A stretch of 40,141 nt of DNA from Deltaproteobacteria bacterium (GTDB taxonomy: Bacteria; Myxococcota_A; Polyangia; Polyangiales; Houyiibacteriaceae), in assembly GCA_034670305.1 (NCBI GenBank), contig JAXMNT010000062.1, positions 1 to 40,141 of the forward strand, read 5' to 3'. The position numbers and the translations under genes are program-made. The notes below the pieces were generated by a model. It had not been told where the DNA came from and did no database searches. It was given only the letters and a program-made list of their open reading frames with translations. Within the stretch, counting starts at the first letter, position 1. Every line of letters begins with the position of its first letter. Positions 36,669 through 40,141 of this stretch are shown here, one piece after another.

Positions 36669-37145
36669 ATGACAGATCAGGACGCGGCGCTCGAGCAGCT
36701 CAACGAGTTTCGGCGGACCCACATCGGTCGGGTGCTCGCGCGCGCCCGTTGGACCTTCGAAGCCCAGTTCACGGAACGGATCCAGGCGCGCGGCTTCGAC
36801 GACTTCCGTCCCGCCGACGTCGACCTCATCTCGCGTCTGCCGGTGGAAGGCGCCCGCGTCACCGACCTCGCGCGTCGGGCTTCCATCTCCAAACAAGCGA
36901 TCGGCAAGCTGGTCACCGGGCTCGAGTCGCGCGGCTACGTCGAACGCACCCCGGATCCCGACGACGGCCGCGCGCACCGGATCCGGCTGACGAAGCGCGG
37001 TCGGAAGTTCCTCGAAGCCGCCCGCGAGGTGGTCGCAGAGATCGAGGAGACCTGGGCCGAAGTGCTCGGCGCCAGCGGCCTCACCCGGCTCCGCAACGCG
37101 CTCGCGACCGTGAGCGACGCCCTCGGGGAAGCCGAGTTCTTCTGA
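36669..37145 (+). CDS. MarR-family transcriptional regulator
   Basis: VTDLARRASISKQAIGKLVTGLESRGYVERTPDPDDGRAHRIRLTKRG. Confidence 0.93.
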   Translation: MTDQDAALEQLNEFRRTHIGRVLARARWTFEAQFTERIQARGFDDFRPADVDLISRLPVEGARVTDLARRASISKQAIGKLVTGLESRGYVERTPDPDDGRAHRIRLTKRGRKFLEAAREVVAEIEETWAEVLGASGLTRLRNALATVSDALGEAEFF

Positions 37146-37217
37146 CGTCGCCCCTTGGTTCGATCCACGGGTCGAACAGGCTGGTGGACGTGCACACCGC
37201 GGGTCTACGATCGGCCG

Positions 37218-37739
37218 ATGAAGGTTCGGGCACTCACCGGCGATGACCTCGATGCGTTCCTGGCGCTCCGGAAGAAGGCCCTGACCCTTGCGCCAAGCGC
37301 CTTCGGCTCGTCTCCCGGAGAAGACATCAGCGACGACCGCGCACGCGCCCTCGCATCGCTTCAGGATCCACCCGGAGTCGGCGTGACGTTCGGCGGCTTC
37401 GACGGGACGTCGCTGGTCGCGCTCGCGACCCTCCGAGTGTCACAGCGCCGCAAGACCGCCCACCACGGTGCGGTCTACGGCATGTTCGTCGCGCCGAGCG
37501 CGCGGCGGATCGGACTCGGCCGGGCGCTGTTGCACGCGGTCGTCGCGCACGCGAAGTCGCTCGACCTCGCGGTGCTCGGCCTGAGCGTCTCGGAAGACGC
37601 CCACGCGGCCCTACAGCTCTACGAACGCGTCGGGTTCACCACCTGGGGCATCGAGCCGGCCGCGCTCCGCGTCGACGGAATCTTCCTCGACGTCCGCCAC
37701 ATGCAGTTCGACCTCCGCACCCTACGAGATGCGTCATGA
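37218..37739 (+). CDS. GNAT-family N-acetyltransferase
   Basis: MFVAPSARRIGLGRALL and ALQLYERVGF. ATG at 37218. Confidence 0.9.
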   Translation: MKVRALTGDDLDAFLALRKKALTLAPSAFGSSPGEDISDDRARALASLQDPPGVGVTFGGFDGTSLVALATLRVSQRRKTAHHGAVYGMFVAPSARRIGLGRALLHAVVAHAKSLDLAVLGLSVSEDAHAALQLYERVGFTTWGIEPAALRVDGIFLDVRHMQFDLRTLRDAS

Positions 37740-38173
37740 AACAGGCGCGCAAACGATCGGCGGCGGGCTACTCCGGCACGCCGCTCGTCAAGAAGCTCGG
37801 CATCCGCGAAGGCCACCGGGTCGCGCTCTTGAAACCGCCGGACGGGTTTCTGACCGACACGCTCGGCCCCCTGCCGGACACCACCAGCGTCACGCGCGGC
37901 CTGCGGGGCACGAGACCATTCGACGTGGTCGTTCAATTCGTGAAAAGCCGGCGCGACTTCGAGCGGCAGCTGCCGAAGATCCGCCTCCGCATGCAACCGG
38001 CGGCGGGCTACTGGGTGGCCTGGCCAAAGCGCGCGTCTAGAGTCCCAACCGACATGACCGAGGACGTGGTCCGCGAGGTCGCCCTCCCGACCGGACTCGT
38101 CGACAACAAGGTCTGTGCAATCGACGAAGTCTGGTCCGGACTGCGGCTGGTGATCCGGAAAGCGCTTCGCTAG
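37736..38173 (+). CDS. DUF3052-family protein
   Basis: AGYSGTPLVKKLGI, WVAWPK, GLVDNKVCAIDEVWSGLRL. ATGA overlap with the GNAT gene. Confidence 0.88.
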   Translation: MKQARKRSAAGYSGTPLVKKLGIREGHRVALLKPPDGFLTDTLGPLPDTTSVTRGLRGTRPFDVVVQFVKSRRDFERQLPKIRLRMQPAAGYWVAWPKRASRVPTDMTEDVVREVALPTGLVDNKVCAIDEVWSGLRLVIRKALR

Positions 38174-38195
38174 GGAAGCTTCGCATGACGGTCTG

Positions 38196-38504
38196 CTAGC
38201 GCGGAGCCACTGCACGGGTTGCAGCAAGCGCGGCCGCGAGTTTCGGATCCTTCGATCGTTTCGCGGCCGCTCGTCGACGCAGCACGAATACCGCCAGGCA
38301 CCCGACGAGCACCAACAGCGACACGGCGAGCCAGACTTCGTCCTCCGGCATCGGCAGAGGCGTGTGGTCCCATTCTGGACCGCTCGGGTCAGGCAGGATG
38401 TCCGCGCGTGCGATGGCCGGAAGAAGCCACGTGCCACCAAGGGCCCCCGCGAAGAGGCGGGCTCCGCGTCGATGTTGCAGACACCGGATTTGCTCGTCGA
38501 TCAT
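38196..38504 (-). CDS. Small exported/membrane-anchored protein (signal peptide, short Pro-rich peptide, TM helix, RRR)
   Basis: ...LLPAIARA-DILPDPSGPEWDHTPLPMPEDE-VWLAVSLLVLVGCLAVFVL-RRR. Start uncertain. Confidence 0.5.
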   Translation of the reverse strand: MIDEQIRCLQHRRGARLFAGALGGTWLLPAIARADILPDPSGPEWDHTPLPMPEDEVWLAVSLLVLVGCLAVFVLRRRAAAKRSKDPKLAAALAATRAVAPR

Positions 38505-38630
38505 CGCGCGAGTCTACCGCGAACCCCGACGCGGAGGTGTGGCGCGACGCCACGGGTGGTGGGTGGTGCCACGGGTGAAGCGCAGATCCCCCGGATCTCA
38601 GGCGGCATGAAACGTGCGTCGTAGAGGGGT

Positions 38631-39131
38631 ATGGACACCACATCCAACCAGCCCCGCTCCGTGCAGGTGGATCGCATCCTCTGCCCGGTGGACTTCGATC
38701 CCCTCTCGCGAAAAGCGGCGCAGCGCGCAGCAGCGTTCGCGCGTCAACTCCAAGCGCAACTCGTGTTGCTGCACGTGCAGCCCGCCCCCACGGTCGTGAT
38801 GCCGATGGGTGGCATGGCGCCCGCGATCTCGCTCAGCTCCGAGCGCGACCGCGTCGCCGCCATCGACCGCGAAGTCTCGAACGACGAACTCGAACTCCTG
38901 GCCGGCGCGCTCGGCACGGACCTCGAGATCGAACTCGAGGTGGTGCGCGGCAACGGCTCGGTCGCCCGCTCGATTCTGGAAGTCGCGGAGGAGACCCCAA
39001 CCCAGCTCATCGTCATCGGCAGCCACGGACGGAGCGGTTTCAGCCGCTTCTTCATGGGCAGCATCGCCGAAGAGGTGATGCGCGGCGCCACTCAACCGGT
39101 GCTCGTCGTGCCCGATTCGGAGGCCGCATGA
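38631..39131 (+). CDS. Universal stress protein
   Basis: RILCPVDF, LVLLHV, IVIGSHGRSGFSRFFMGSIAEEVMR...PVLVVP. GAGGGG RBS. Confidence 0.94.
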   Translation: MDTTSNQPRSVQVDRILCPVDFDPLSRKAAQRAAAFARQLQAQLVLLHVQPAPTVVMPMGGMAPAISLSSERDRVAAIDREVSNDELELLAGALGTDLEIELEVVRGNGSVARSILEVAEETPTQLIVIGSHGRSGFSRFFMGSIAEEVMRGATQPVLVVPDSEAA

Positions 39132-39370
39132 CTTCGCCCGATCCAATGAACCAACCCGCTGAGAACTTCGCCGATCCCTTCGCGCTGCTCTCGAGCGAAC
39201 GGCTGACCTGGCCCGAGAAGAAGCGCGCCCTCGAACGATGGGAGTTCGACGAACTGCAGAAGATGCAGGCCACCGGAGAGAACATGGGCCCGTCGAAACG
39301 GGAGCGCTCACATCTGCGCGCGGTGCGGTACTGCCTGCGGAAAATCGCCTCCGGCGAACTCCGGGACTGA
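39128..39370 (+). CDS. Small hypothetical protein
   Basis: ATGA-coupled to the USP gene. Helical protein-like sequence (EKKRALERWEFD...ATGENM). Confidence 0.7.
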   Translation: MTSPDPMNQPAENFADPFALLSSERLTWPEKKRALERWEFDELQKMQATGENMGPSKRERSHLRAVRYCLRKIASGELRD

Positions 39371-39377
39371 ACGCGGT

Positions 39378-40007
39378 TCAGGCAGGTGGTGGCGCGACGC
39401 GGAAGAACGCGATCTCCACCGCCGCAGCGGCGGCGTCCTCCAGATGGTGCGGCGTGTCGGACGCGATGTGCCACTGGTCGCCGGCCTGGAGCCGGGTCTG
39501 CGATCCGTCTTCGTCGACGAACACGACCGAACCCTCCACCACCGTCAGCACACCGCGCACGCCCGACTTGAGCCGGTGTTCTTCGAGCAGGCCATTCGGG
39601 ATCTTGCCCACGTCGAAACGCACCTGTCGGTACGACGGCTCTTGATGCAAGTGCGCGGAGAGCGCGCGGCCCATGTGGTGTGCCTTCGCCACGAGAGACG
39701 CCGCCGCCTCCGCTTCGAAGAGCGCGCCGGCCACCTCCTCGAACACCCGAAGCCACCGCACGAAGTGCGCCGGCTCGAGCTCGGCGATCGCGCGGTGCAT
39801 CGCGGGCGGCGGACCCTTGGGGCCTGGGTGGTAGGTCGCTTCGCCGCGCAGCACCGCCGTCCAGAACGCCATCATGCGCCGCAGGTGCGGCTCCCAGTCT
39901 TCGATGCGCCGCTCGAACACGGGGGACAAACGCGCATCGGATTGAACCCGCTCGTAGAAGGTGCGGACGAGGCGCTCGATCTTCGCGTCGGAGAACGTCT
40001 GAGACAT
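39378..40007 (-). CDS. Group III truncated haemoglobin fused to a DUF1971/YeaR-like cupin domain
   Basis: LVRTFYERVQSDARLSPVF...DWEPHLRRMMAFW...PPAMH...HFVRWLRVF, then IPNGLLEEHRLKSGVRGVLTVVEGSV...PHHLE. Confidence 0.85.
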   Translation of the reverse strand: MSQTFSDAKIERLVRTFYERVQSDARLSPVFERRIEDWEPHLRRMMAFWTAVLRGEATYHPGPKGPPPAMHRAIAELEPAHFVRWLRVFEEVAGALFEAEAAASLVAKAHHMGRALSAHLHQEPSYRQVRFDVGKIPNGLLEEHRLKSGVRGVLTVVEGSVVFVDEDGSQTRLQAGDQWHIASDTPHHLEDAAAAAVEIAFFRVAPPPA

Positions 40008-40015
40008 ACGGCGGT

Positions 40016-40141
40016 CCTAGCAGGTCGCTGAAAAGCGACCTGCTCCCTTGCCGTTGCCCTTGCCCGTGCCCTTGCCCGCGTCGTGGACGCCGTGTGTTTC
40101 GCGACGGCGAGGCGCGAATCGGAGCGCGATGCCCAGCGGAC
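40016..40141 (+). repeat. Partial copy of hairpin-ended repeat element (inverted relative to 1-121, direct relative to 11604)
   Basis: CTAG-CAGGTCGCTGAAAAGCGACCTGCT-(CCCTTG)n-CGCGTCGTGGACGCCGTGTGTTTCGCGACGGCGAGG... Confidence 0.95.

Overview
High-GC bacterial chromosomal segment. A Myxococcota (Polyangia-like) origin is inferred from the Cys-rich lipoproteins with DAG linkers, the DUF1592/DUF1552 pair and the FG-GAP/TPR pair. It carries about 34 CDS and one tRNA-Ala(CGC). Recognisable content: a urate-to-ureidoglycolate pathway split into two operons 31 kb apart (alc-uraD-uraH at 0.1-2.1 kb, puuD-allB at 33-36 kb), udk, a glutaryl-CoA-type acyl-CoA dehydrogenase, addB-addA, two coupled radical SAM enzymes, a desaturase, GDPD, MarR/ABM, GNAT, USP and a truncated-haemoglobin/cupin fusion. 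The most unusual signals are four. (1) A non-coding, hairpin-ended, CTAG-bounded repeat element forms a perfect 121-bp inverted repeat at the two window ends and occurs as a diverged, apparently full-length ~297-bp copy beside the tRNA. (2) A related set of hexamer arrays, (CCCTTG)n and (GAAGCS)n, sits behind gene ends and is read in frame as acidic tracts in two proteins, including PuuD. (3) An exported Cys-rich protein ends in an intact-looking Hint (intein-like) domain followed by a single residue. (4) The radical SAM pair has no visible substrate gene. No CRISPR array, prophage, integrase or transposase is visible. All family assignments come from motif recognition by eye, not from database searches.
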